Virus record (IMG/VR): IMGVR_UViG_2698536576_000010
Coordinates: 1 to 13,750 of that record
From: a virus
Taxonomy: Duplodnaviria > Heunggongvirae > Uroviricota > Caudoviricetes
DNA length: 13,750 bases
Direction: 5' to 3' (one strand)
Below the pieces are notes generated by a model, which ran no database searches, had not been told where the DNA came from, and saw only the letters and a program-made list of their open reading frames with translations. A program made the position numbers and the translations under genes. Positions 1 through 6,730 of this stretch are shown here, one piece after another (position 1 is the first letter of the stretch; every line of letters begins with the position of its first letter).

Positions 1-114
1 ATTAATATATTCATCAGACCAGCCAGTATATTCATACGTAACTGCCTCATAATAAAAACAACGCATATTACCCGGTACTGTAGCCAGCCCATTTTCATCA
101 AAAACAGGTTTCAT
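1..114 (-). CDS. tfa: Tail fibre assembly protein (Tfa-like), N-terminal 38 codons only; gene runs off the window edge
   Basis: ATG at 114..112 overlaps the TAA of the upstream tail-fibre ORF (TAATG coupling). Translation [38 protein letters not shown] resembles the N-termini of phage tail-fibre chaperones. Partial. Confidence 0.55.
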   Translation of the reverse strand, partial: MKPVFDENGLATVPGNMRCFYYEAVTYEYTGWSDEYIN

Positions 115-935
115 TATGCAGCCCTCACAATATAATTAAAGGCGATGTTACGTGGACGGTTTTCATTAGCTGTTGGCACGACACGAGAGGCGTCGAATCC
201 AAGGTCATCGGTTTTGCCTATAGCAGTTGTGTTATTCGCCATTGTCGCTGATCGTGTTCCTGCATCGTAAAAAGCCCCTCTGATTGCATCAAAAGACATA
301 CCGATCCCGCCATCTGCGAATCCCTCAATATTTCTTATTGCATCCCCCTGTGAAGATAATAATTGTCGCCCGGCATCCACTCCACGTCCGTCATCCCAGC
401 CACGAATAAATTCACCGCGTAAATCAGGCAATTTATTTGTCGGGTAAACCTTTGCCAGTTCCGGGTATTCTTCAGCAGAAAAAGCCGCACCATTGCATTT
501 CAGCCAGCCTGTTGGCGGAGTGGCTGAAGGCCACGGAACAGGGACACCAACAGGTAATGCAGAGCCTTCTCCCAAACCAAGGTTTTCGAGAGCCGTTTGC
601 ACAGTGCCATCCGATTTGATATCGCCAAACGGATTCTTGCGGCTCAGGTATTCAACAGCAAACCCCGATCCCAGCAATTCAACAAAACCGGGCAGATCAC
701 CATTATCAAGCACATCCCGTTGCGTTTTATCACTTACAAACTGGGCCAGAGCTGCAGCAATAAAGCTGGCCTGCCGAATAACCTTATTGACTTGCGCACT
801 GGATGCTTTCCCTGCTGTAAATCCGGATATAAGCGCAGGCAACGCTTCCCATTCCTCCTGCGACATAACATTGGCATTTCGATCAGTTGCAAACGCTTTA
901 AAGTCATTTTTCGCCATCAGAGTAATACTCCCCAT
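114..935 (-). CDS. stf: Phage side-tail-fibre protein, C-terminal (receptor-binding) region, 273 aa
   Basis: C-terminal half ([16 protein letters not shown]...[19 protein letters not shown]...[12 protein letters not shown]) matches my recollection of the lambda Stf C-terminus and the tail-collar motif. Followed by a translationally coupled tfa. Weak SD at its ATG and an in-frame stop 12 nt upstream. Confidence 0.7.
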   Translation of the reverse strand: MGSITLMAKNDFKAFATDRNANVMSQEEWEALPALISGFTAGKASSAQVNKVIRQASFIAAALAQFVSDKTQRDVLDNGDLPGFVELLGSGFAVEYLSRKNPFGDIKSDGTVQTALENLGLGEGSALPVGVPVPWPSATPPTGWLKCNGAAFSAEEYPELAKVYPTNKLPDLRGEFIRGWDDGRGVDAGRQLLSSQGDAIRNIEGFADGGIGMSFDAIRGAFYDAGTRSATMANNTTAIGKTDDLGFDASRVVPTANENRPRNIAFNYIVRAA

Positions 936-1084
936 GCCCCTACATCAAAACCACTGATGAATTCGTTATCCATATCAAAACCAAAAAATTTAGAGCCTTC
1001 CGATGGAGTTTCCACCGAAGGTGTTTCAATGCCCCCCGCCCATACCCCGGCGGCTTTTACTGTTAGATACCGCCAATACCCGTT
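917..1084 (-). pseudogene. Start-less open frame (3' remnant of a deleted late-region gene?) overlapping the tail-fibre start
   Basis: The frame is open from about 1084 down to TGA at 919..917 ([55 protein letters not shown]) with no plausible start or SD. It begins about where ren stops resembling lambda ren. Confidence 0.3.
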
Positions 1085-1340
1085 TCATCGCGGCACTCTG
1101 GCGACACTCCTTAAAAATCAGGTTCGTGCTCATCTTTCCTTCCCGTTCTTCCCTGGTAGCAAACCGGTAATACACCGTTCGCCAGACCTTACCTTCGATA
1201 ACCAGAAGACCTGCCCGTGCCATTTTAGCCGCGGCCTGATTTATGCTGGTTACTGTTGCGCCTGTTAGCGCGGCAACGTCCGGCGCACAGAAGCTATTAT
1301 GCGTCCCCAGGTAATGAATAATTGCCTCTTTGCCCGTCAT
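1026..1340 (-). CDS. ren: Ren-like protein (lambda ren homologue) with a divergent, extended C-terminus
   Basis: MTGKEAIIHYLGTHNSFCAPDVAALTGATVTSINQAAAKMARAG... matches recalled lambda Ren. ATG overlaps the P stop. The last ~13 residues (SNSKSRRGMGGGH) and the length (104 aa, versus about 96 as I recall) differ from lambda. Confidence 0.8.
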   Translation of the reverse strand: MTGKEAIIHYLGTHNSFCAPDVAALTGATVTSINQAAAKMARAGLLVIEGKVWRTVYYRFATREEREGKMSTNLIFKECRQSAAMKRVLAVSNSKSRRGMGGGH

Positions 1341-2038
1341 ACACTTGCTCCTTTCAGTCCGAACTTAGCTTTGATTTCTGCGATCTTCGCCAGAGCCTGT
1401 GCACGATTTAGAGGTCTACCGCCCATGACAGGAAGTTGTTTTACTGGTTCAGGGATCGCCTCACCACGGTTAATTCTCGCAGTCATATGGACAAGCTCAT
1501 CTGCGGCCTTACGGCGTAATTCCGCATCAGTAAGCGCATTGGCCCGCATGTTCTGATACAGGTTGGTAACCAGCCAGTAGTGCGCGTTTGATTTCCACGG
1601 ATAAGACTCCGCATCCGGATACAGGCCTCGCTTCCGGCAATACTCGTAAACCATATCAACCAGCTCGCTGGCGTTTGGCAGCCCGGCGGTAACGGATGCT
1701 TCTTCCCGGCACCAGGCAACAAACTGCCCGGGTGATGGCAGGAATGGTCGATTCTGCCGACGGGCTACGCGCATTCCAGCGTTAACCTGTTCCATCGTGG
1801 TGATCCCATTTTCCCGGAAAGCCAGAACCCACTGGCGGCGGATTTCGTTCAGTTCATTCTGGTCACGGTTAGCCAAGCTCGCCGGGAAAGTTGCCAGTAA
1901 CTGGCTGAACACACCATTGATGATCTGCGCTACCTGTTGTACCTGCGGCTTTTCGTCGTACTGTTCCGGCATGTTGTTGGCGATCCGGCGCATCTGCTCA
2001 CGGTCAAAGTTAACCATCTGTGCGGCGATGTTTTTCAT
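1337..2038 (-). CDS. P: Replication protein P (DnaB helicase loader), 233 aa
   Basis: Full-length match to recalled lambda P (MKNIAAQMVNFDREQMRRIANNMPEQYDEKPQVQQ...). Start overlaps the O stop. Confidence 0.95.
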   Translation of the reverse strand: MKNIAAQMVNFDREQMRRIANNMPEQYDEKPQVQQVAQIINGVFSQLLATFPASLANRDQNELNEIRRQWVLAFRENGITTMEQVNAGMRVARRQNRPFLPSPGQFVAWCREEASVTAGLPNASELVDMVYEYCRKRGLYPDAESYPWKSNAHYWLVTNLYQNMRANALTDAELRRKAADELVHMTARINRGEAIPEPVKQLPVMGGRPLNRAQALAKIAEIKAKFGLKGASV

Positions 2039-2934
2039 AAATCCACCCCGTAAATCCAGTCAGTGTTTGTCAGGTCGAGTTTTGGTTTGCTGGCTGTCAC
2101 GCCTGCCTGTTGCTTGTTACGGTTGATTTCGAGCTGGGTCCACTTGTCGCGGAGTTTGGCCGGACTCAGCACGTTACCGGACCAGAAGTTGTCCTGGCAG
2201 GCCCAGCGGAAAAGCACACACATATCGCGGTGGTTACGTCCGTCACGTTCACGCATCAGGCGGATATCGTTAGCCCACCCAGCAAAATTCGGTTTTCTGG
2301 CTGATGGCGCGATGGTCTTCACCATGTCAAACATCCACTCTGCGGCGGTCAGGTCTTCTGCTGTTCCCCACTTGCTGCCGCTCTGAATTGCAGCATCCGG
2401 TTTAACCACAGAAAGATCGTTTTCTGGCTGGTCAGAGGATTCGCCAGAATTCTCGGACGAATAATCTTTTCTTTTTTCTTTTGTAATAGTGTCTTTTGTG
2501 TCTCCCTGTTTTGAGGGATAGCAATCCCCCAATTTGAGGGATGTTTTATCCCTCGTTTTAGGGGATTTTCCCTCGTTTTGAGGGATACACCATTCTGAGA
2601 TGTTTTTATTTGGTCCAAACATGCCGCCTTGCTGCTTGATAATATTCATTCTGACGAGTTCTAACTTGGCTTCATTGCACCGTTTGACAGGTAACTTTGT
2701 AATCTCGCTAAGTTGAGAATCGGTGATTCTGTCCATTGGTTTATTCCACCCATAGGTTTTACGCAGAATGGCAAGCAGCACTTTAAACTGTCGCTTGGTC
2801 AGATCTGCGCCCGAATAAGCCTCAAGCAGCATATTTGATAGTCTGGCGTAACCATCATCGAGATCTGCCACATTACGCTCCTGTCCGGCAAAGTTACCTC
2901 TGCCGAAGTTGAGTATTTTTGCTGTATTTGTCAT
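2035..2934 (-). CDS. O: Replication initiator protein O, 299 aa
   Basis: Matches recalled lambda O (MTNTAKILNFGRGNFAGQERNVADLDDGYARLSNMLLEAY...). Contains the ori iterons internally. Confidence 0.95.
   Translation of the reverse strand: MTNTAKILNFGRGNFAGQERNVADLDDGYARLSNMLLEAYSGADLTKRQFKVLLAILRKTYGWNKPMDRITDSQLSEITKLPVKRCNEAKLELVRMNIIKQQGGMFGPNKNISEWCIPQNEGKSPKTRDKTSLKLGDCYPSKQGDTKDTITKEKRKDYSSENSGESSDQPENDLSVVKPDAAIQSGSKWGTAEDLTAAEWMFDMVKTIAPSARKPNFAGWANDIRLMRERDGRNHRDMCVLFRWACQDNFWSGNVLSPAKLRDKWTQLEINRNKQQAGVTASKPKLDLTNTDWIYGVDL
2461..2590. repeat. Lambda-type replication origin: four about 18-19-bp iterons (2503..2586) plus an adjacent AT-rich tract (2461..2500) inside O
   Basis: Direct repeats of TCCCTC-N-GAGGGA type (tccctgttttgaggga, atcccccaatttgagggat, atccctcgttttaggggat, tccctcgttttgagggat), next to ataatcttttcttttttcttttgtaatag. 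Confidence 0.9.
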
Positions 2935-2966
2935 AATGACTCCTGTTGATAGATCCAGTAATGACC

Positions 2967-3260
2967 TCAGAACTCCATCTGGATTTGTTCAGAACGCTCG
3001 GTTGCCGCCGGGCGTTTTTTATTGGTGAGAATCGCAGCAACTTGTCGCGCCAATCGAACCATGTCGTCGTCAACGACCCCCCATTCAAGAACAGCAAGCA
3101 GCATTGAGAACTTTGGAATCCAGTCTCTCTTCCACCTGCTGATCTGCGACTTATCAACTCCCACAGCTTCCGCTGTCTTCTCAGTTCCAAGCATTGCGAT
3201 TTTGTTAAGCAACGCACTCTCGATTCGTAGAGCCTCGTTGCGTTTGTTTGCACGAACCAT
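2967..3260 (-). CDS. cII: Transcriptional activator CII, 97 aa
   Basis: MVRANKRNEALRIESALLNKIAMLGTEKTAEAVGVDKSQISRWKRDWIPKFSMLLAVLEWGVVDDD... matches recalled lambda CII. The upstream in-frame extension in the ORF track is rejected. Confidence 0.93.
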   Translation of the reverse strand: MVRANKRNEALRIESALLNKIAMLGTEKTAEAVGVDKSQISRWKRDWIPKFSMLLAVLEWGVVDDDMVRLARQVAAILTNKKRPAATERSEQIQMEF

Positions 3261-3339
3261 ATGTAAGTATTTCCTTAGATAACAATTGATTGAATGTATG
3301 CAAATAAATGCATACACCATAGGTGTGGTTTAATTTGAT

Positions 3340-3371
3340 GCCCTTTTTCAGGGCTGGAATGTGTAAGAGCG
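3340..3371 (-). promoter_or_regulatory. nutR (boxA 3371..3363, boxB hairpin 3354..3340 on the - strand)
   Basis: Minus-strand reading gives CGCTCTTAC (boxA), then GCCCTGAAAAAGGGC (boxB), between cro and cII, as in lambda. Confidence 0.8.
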
Positions 3372-3379
3372 GGAATGTC

Positions 3380-3595
3380 TTAAGCGGCTTTGTGTTCCGG
3401 AGGGAACACGTCATCAAGACTGACTTTTGCGCCTAACTTGTTTAGGCATGCAACAAGAGCGCGGCATGTTTTAAGGTCTGGGAAGCGACGACCAGATTCC
3501 CAATGCCCAATAGCTCCCTGTGTGCATCCAACCGCCTTAGCAAGTGTTGTTTGAGAGATATTCAGTGACTCTCGATATTTTCGTAGGTTGCTCAT
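3380..3595 (-). CDS. cro: Cro-like HTH repressor, 71 aa, non-lambda specificity
   Basis: Internal start MSNLRKYRESLNISQTTLAKAVGCTQGAIGHWESGRRF... with GGAGGG SD. Divergent from cI. The HTH recognition region TQGAIGHW parallels TQGGIGHW in the cI N-terminal domain. The longer ORF 3380..3835 is rejected. Confidence 0.8.
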   Translation of the reverse strand: MSNLRKYRESLNISQTTLAKAVGCTQGAIGHWESGRRFPDLKTCRALVACLNKLGAKVSLDDVFPPEHKAA

Positions 3596-3712
3596 ATGCC
3601 CTCCATAGTAACCATGAGACAATAATACGATATGTACTTTTGGAATGCAAACAAAAAATACATCTTGTGCATGGATGGTTTTAGTACAGAGCGTAATAAT
3701 AAGGATATGAAA
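3596..3712. promoter_or_regulatory. Immunity control region OR: pR on - strand (-35 TTGCAT 3650..3645, 17-bp spacer, -10 TATTAT 3627..3622), a putative weak pRM on + strand, and 2-3 putative operator dyads
   Basis: Consensus-like sigma70 elements sit at the right distance upstream of cro. Imperfect dyads of TAC-N5-GTA type lie at about 3621..3640, 3659..3669 and 3679..3698. Operator assignment is tentative. Confidence 0.55.
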
Positions 3713-4366
3713 ATGAAATGGTATGAACTGGCTAGATCCAGAATGAAAGAGCTCGGCATAACTCAAGAGAAGTTGGCTGAAGAGCTTGGTATGACGCAGG
3801 GTGGAATTGGTCACTGGTTGCGCGGATCTCGTCATCCATCTCTTGACGAGATTGGTGTGGTGTTTAAATACCTTGGTATTGATAACGTCTCATTCAACCA
3901 CGACGGTACATTTTCACCTGTTGGCGAATACTCATCTGCCCCCGTTAAAAAACAATATGAGTACCCTGTTTTTTCTCATGTTCAGGCCGGGATGTTCTCG
4001 CCTGAGCTTAGAACCTTTACCAAAGGTGATGCGGAGAGATGGGTCAGCACAACCAAAAAAGCCAGTGATTGTGCGTTTTGGCTTGAAGTTGAAGGTAATT
4101 CCATGACCGCACCAACAGGATCCAAGCCAAGCTTTCCTGACGGGATGTTAATTCTCGTTGACCCTGAGCAGGCTGTTGAGCCAGGTGATTTCTGCATAGC
4201 CAGACTTGGTGGTGACGAGTTTACCTTCAAGAAACTGATCAGGGATAGCGGTCAGGTGTTCCTACAACCACTAAACCCGCAATATCCAATGATCCCATGC
4301 AATGATAGCTGTTCCGTTGTAGGGAAAGTTATCGCCAGCCAGTGGCCAGAAGAGACGTTTGGGTGA
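3707..4366 (+). CDS. cI: CI-type prophage repressor: non-lambda N-terminal HTH domain fused to a lambda-like C-terminal dimerisation/autocleavage domain
   Basis: C-terminal ~135 aa ([21 protein letters not shown]...[51 protein letters not shown]) matches recalled lambda CI almost exactly. N-terminus [37 protein letters not shown] is different. Start is 3707 or 3713 (AAGGA SD favours 3713). Confidence 0.9.
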   Translation: MKMKWYELARSRMKELGITQEKLAEELGMTQGGIGHWLRGSRHPSLDEIGVVFKYLGIDNVSFNHDGTFSPVGEYSSAPVKKQYEYPVFSHVQAGMFSPELRTFTKGDAERWVSTTKKASDCAFWLEVEGNSMTAPTGSKPSFPDGMLILVDPEQAVEPGDFCIARLGGDEFTFKKLIRDSGQVFLQPLNPQYPMIPCNDSCSVVGKVIASQWPEETFG

Positions 4367-4391
4367 TAGGAATGGATGTTAAGGATTAAGA

Positions 4392-5438
4392 ATGTCAGCG
4401 ATTGATCAACCTGCGCAATATGTTATCAAGTCAGAAGACGACTTTGTATCTTTTGTAACAGAAATGCTCGGAAGGAAGGATATCGACTCAAGCGACTTCA
4501 CATTCCCTAACGTAGTTTTCAGTGGATGGCCAAAGATCAATATTAATGTAAAAGGCGATCCAAATAGATATAATTCTTCATTGACTGCGTCAATGCTTTT
4601 TGGTATGGCAGAGCTTACGCATGAAATACAAAAAGCATTTACGGTAGTCAGTCACAGCACTCATAATCGGCAGAAGCTAAAAGATGCAGAGAAAGGTTTG
4701 CTGGATATTGTCTACCGAATAAGCGAAGGCTCAAGCCAAGCGGATGGTGACTCAGATCCGATTGTAAACGGAGTGGTGACAGTGTTTACTCAAGCGATAG
4801 GCAAAATGACAGGAAGGCAAGCACTATGCGCCGTCGCCGCTATCGTCTTAGCTGCCAGCACGGTAGGCTATAAGTGGATCAATGAGTACTACGAAACACA
4901 GCGACATGACCAAGATTCTCAGGTGCAATTGGTGGAAAAAAGCACCAAAGCGGTAAACGAAGCACAAGACAATGTGCTCAAGTTGTTGATTAGCGGTCAA
5001 ACAAACATTAGCAGAGAGGTTCTGGCTCACGGCGAGGATGGTAAAAGCAAGTTGCTTAAAAAGCTTGCTCAAGACTCGTCAGTTGAGAGGGTAACAATTG
5101 GTCAGAGAGTGGTAAATAGAGAACAGTTGAATACCTTAAACCAAAGACAATCAATTGATCGAAAAAAGGAAACTAGAAGAGATAACTTTTATGTCACGGG
5201 CGTTCGTCGCTCGGGAGAAACAAATCAGGACATAAATATTGACGTCATAAGGGTTTCAAATGGTGAATCTTTCACCATAAAAACCTCAGCCGACATAACA
5301 TCTACTGATGAGCTTCTTGAGTTTTTGAATGCTGTAGCCAAAGAATCAACTGTTGAAATTTCATACCTAGAGGTTGTAGAAAATGGGCACATTTCAACAG
5401 GGCAATTGATAAATATATTCCCCAGCGAACCAGAGTGA
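4392..5438 (+). CDS. Hypothetical 348-aa protein in the cI-distal slot occupied by rexAB in lambda; one central hydrophobic segment; candidate exclusion/defence gene
   Basis: Long ORF with an AAGGA SD 25 bp after the cI stop, on the same strand. AT-rich codon usage by eye. Hydrophobic stretch ALCAVAAIVLAASTVGY. No family recognised. Intrinsic terminator immediately downstream. Confidence 0.7.
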   Translation: MSAIDQPAQYVIKSEDDFVSFVTEMLGRKDIDSSDFTFPNVVFSGWPKININVKGDPNRYNSSLTASMLFGMAELTHEIQKAFTVVSHSTHNRQKLKDAEKGLLDIVYRISEGSSQADGDSDPIVNGVVTVFTQAIGKMTGRQALCAVAAIVLAASTVGYKWINEYYETQRHDQDSQVQLVEKSTKAVNEAQDNVLKLLISGQTNISREVLAHGEDGKSKLLKKLAQDSSVERVTIGQRVVNREQLNTLNQRQSIDRKKETRRDNFYVTGVRRSGETNQDINIDVIRVSNGESFTIKTSADITSTDELLEFLNAVAKESTVEISYLEVVENGHISTGQLINIFPSEPE

Positions 5439-5447
5439 TGCACTCCA

Positions 5448-5477
5448 AACCCGGCCTCAGCGCCGGGTTTTCTTTTT
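5448..5477 (+). terminator. Rho-independent terminator ending the cI-plus-348-aa transcription unit
   Basis: aaCCCGGCctcagcGCCGGGtt stem-loop followed by TTTTCTTTTT. Confidence 0.75.
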
Positions 5478-5489
5478 CCAAAATATAAA

Positions 5490-5575
5490 CCCATTAAATA
5501 CAAAGCGTTATAAAAAACTAATTATATTTAGAACATTTTGTATTGACTCGATAAAGTACAAATCGTACTATTTAG
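5490..5575 (+). promoter_or_regulatory. pL promoter (-35 TTGACT 5543..5548, 17-bp spacer, -10 TACTAT 5566..5571) with putative OL operator dyads
   Basis: Near-consensus sigma70 promoter upstream of nutL and N. Dyad AGTAC-AAATC-GTACT (5555..5569) overlaps the spacer and -10; a second weaker dyad at about 5499..5509. Confidence 0.7.
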
Positions 5576-5611
5576 CCATCAGCAGGACGCACTGACCACC
5601 ATTGAAGGTGA

Positions 5612-5642
5612 GGCTCTTAAAAATTTAGCCCTGAAGAAGGGC
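5612..5642 (+). promoter_or_regulatory. nutL (boxA-like GGCTCTTA 5612..5619; boxB GCCCTGAAGAAGGGC 5628..5642)
   Basis: BoxB hairpin identical to my recollection of lambda nutL boxB; boxA with one change; located between pL and N. Confidence 0.85.
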
Positions 5643-5752
5643 AGCATTCAAAGCAGAAGGCTTTGAGTAGCGCGAAATGCAGCTGCAAGACAGCAACCGT
5701 GGAGATAAGCATCACGGCGCGTTACTCAAAGCTAACTGACAGGAGAATCCAG

Positions 5753-6085
5753 ATGGATGCACAAGCACGCCGCCGCGAACGTCGCGCAGAGAAACAGGCT
5801 CAATGGAAAGCAGCAAATCCCCTGTTGGTTGGGGTAAGCGCAAAACCAGTTAACCGCCCTATTCTCTCGCTGAATCGCAAACCGAAATCACGAGTAGAAA
5901 GCGCACTGAATCCGATAGACCTTACGGTGCTGGCTGAATACCACGAACAGATTGAAAGCAACCTGCAACGTATTGAGCGCAAGAATCAGCGCACATGGTA
6001 CAGCAAGCCACGCTGTGAAATGGGTGTGACTTGCTCAGGCCGCCAGAAGCAACGCGGAAAATCAATTCCAGCTTATTACGATTGA
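5753..6085 (+). CDS. N: Antitermination protein N, 110 aa
   Basis: MDAQARRRERRAEKQAQWKAANPLLVGVSAKPVNRPILSLNRKPKSRVESALNPIDLTVLAEYH... matches recalled lambda N, with an arginine-rich motif. AGGAG SD. The upstream extension to 5663 is rejected. Confidence 0.93.
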   Translation: MDAQARRRERRAEKQAQWKAANPLLVGVSAKPVNRPILSLNRKPKSRVESALNPIDLTVLAEYHEQIESNLQRIERKNQRTWYSKPRCEMGVTCSGRQKQRGKSIPAYYD

Positions 6086-6277
6086 GGTGAGCCATGCTCA
6101 AGAAAGTCAAACGCCGACTTTACAAAGAAGGTAGATATTCATGCCAAATGCGACACAACAAAATGGAGTGTCGATGATTGGTGTAACTGGATAGATAGAT
6201 ACGGAACTTGGTGGGATAAATAACAGGTAACTTAAGCGTATTTACTTTCGCAGCAAACAACTTATTTGAGGTGATAT

Positions 6278-6364
6278 ATGGAAGAAGAATTTGAAGAGTT
6301 CGAAGAGCATCCTCAGGATGTGATGGAACAATACCAGGACTATCCGTATGACTACGACTATTGA
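6278..6364 (+). CDS. Small acidic protein, 28 aa (lambda orf28-like)
   Basis: Strong SD (GAGGTGA) 6 nt before the ATG. MEEEFEEFEEHPQDVMEQYQDYPYDYDY. Overlaps the ral start, as I recall orf28 does in lambda. Below the ORF-track size cutoff. Confidence 0.45.
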   Translation: MEEEFEEFEEHPQDVMEQYQDYPYDYDY

Positions 6365-6527
6365 TAAAAATCAATGGTGTGGACAATTCAAGCGATGCAA
6401 TGGATGCAAGCTGCAATCGGAATGCATGGTTAAGCCTGAAGAAATGTTTCCTGTAATGGAAGATGGGAAATATGTCGATAAATGGGCAATACGAACGACG
6501 GCAATGATTGCCAGAGAACTTGGTTAA
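6348..6527 (+). CDS. ral: Restriction-alleviation protein Ral, 59 aa
   Basis: MTTTIDKNQWCGQFKRCNGCKLQSECMVKPEEMFPVMEDGKYVDKWAIRTTAMIARELG matches recalled lambda Ral except for a shorter C-terminus. Below the ORF-track size cutoff. Confidence 0.75.
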   Translation: MTTTIDKNQWCGQFKRCNGCKLQSECMVKPEEMFPVMEDGKYVDKWAIRTTAMIARELG

Positions 6528-6683
6528 CAGAACAACAAAGCTGCCTGATAGTGGCCTTTATTTTTGGCATAAATAACAGAATAAACACTGCACTGTGTAT
6601 TCATTCCAACGAGTGAATACACGGAGCAATGTCGCTCGTAACTAAACAGGAGCCGACTTGTTCTGATTATTGGAAATCTTCTT

Positions 6684-6711
6684 CGCCCTCCAGTGTGAGG
6701 GCGATTTTTTA
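6684..6711 (+). terminator. Rho-independent terminator between ral and ea10 (tL2-like)
   Basis: CGCCCTC-cagtgt-GAGGGCG hairpin followed by TTTTTT. Confidence 0.65.
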
Positions 6712-6730
6712 TCTATGAGGATATGAATAG

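Noticed and set aside
493-1268. Plus-strand ORFs (493..957 and 597..1268) across the tail-fibre gene
   Set aside because: They are antisense to a well-supported tail-fibre CDS, low-complexity, and lack an RBS; typical shadow ORFs.
2461-2590. Tandem direct repeats that might suggest a CRISPR array
   Set aside because: These are the four ori-lambda iterons inside O, next to an AT-rich unwinding region. There are no regularly spaced unique spacers and no cas genes.
3632-3706. Upstream extension of the cI ORF (start at 3632, [17 protein letters not shown]...)
   Set aside because: It would run through the OR operator and promoter region and lacks an SD. The conserved repressor begins at the MKMKW/MKW methionines at 3707/3713, the second of which has an AAGGA SD.
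3596-3835. Long version of the cro ORF (3380..3835, 151 aa)
   Set aside because: The N-terminal 80 residues would be antisense to the cI start and the operators. The internal ATG at 3595 with a GGAGGG SD gives a 71-aa Cro-sized HTH protein.
4392-5438. Possibility that the cI-adjacent gene is a eukaryotic-like Ser/Thr kinase (the Stk of 933W-type phages) or RexA/RexB
   Set aside because: No glycine-rich loop, HRD or DFG motifs, and no resemblance to recalled RexA or the multi-pass membrane protein RexB. It is left as an unassigned candidate.
5663-5752. Upstream extension of the N ORF (140-aa version)
   Set aside because: The extension covers the nutL boxA/boxB leader. The conserved N sequence starts at MDAQ (5753) with an AGGAG SD.
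5800-6416. Minus-strand ORFs 5800..5982, 5922..6110 and 6120..6416
   Set aside because: Antisense to N, orf28 and ral, with odd composition and no start signals.
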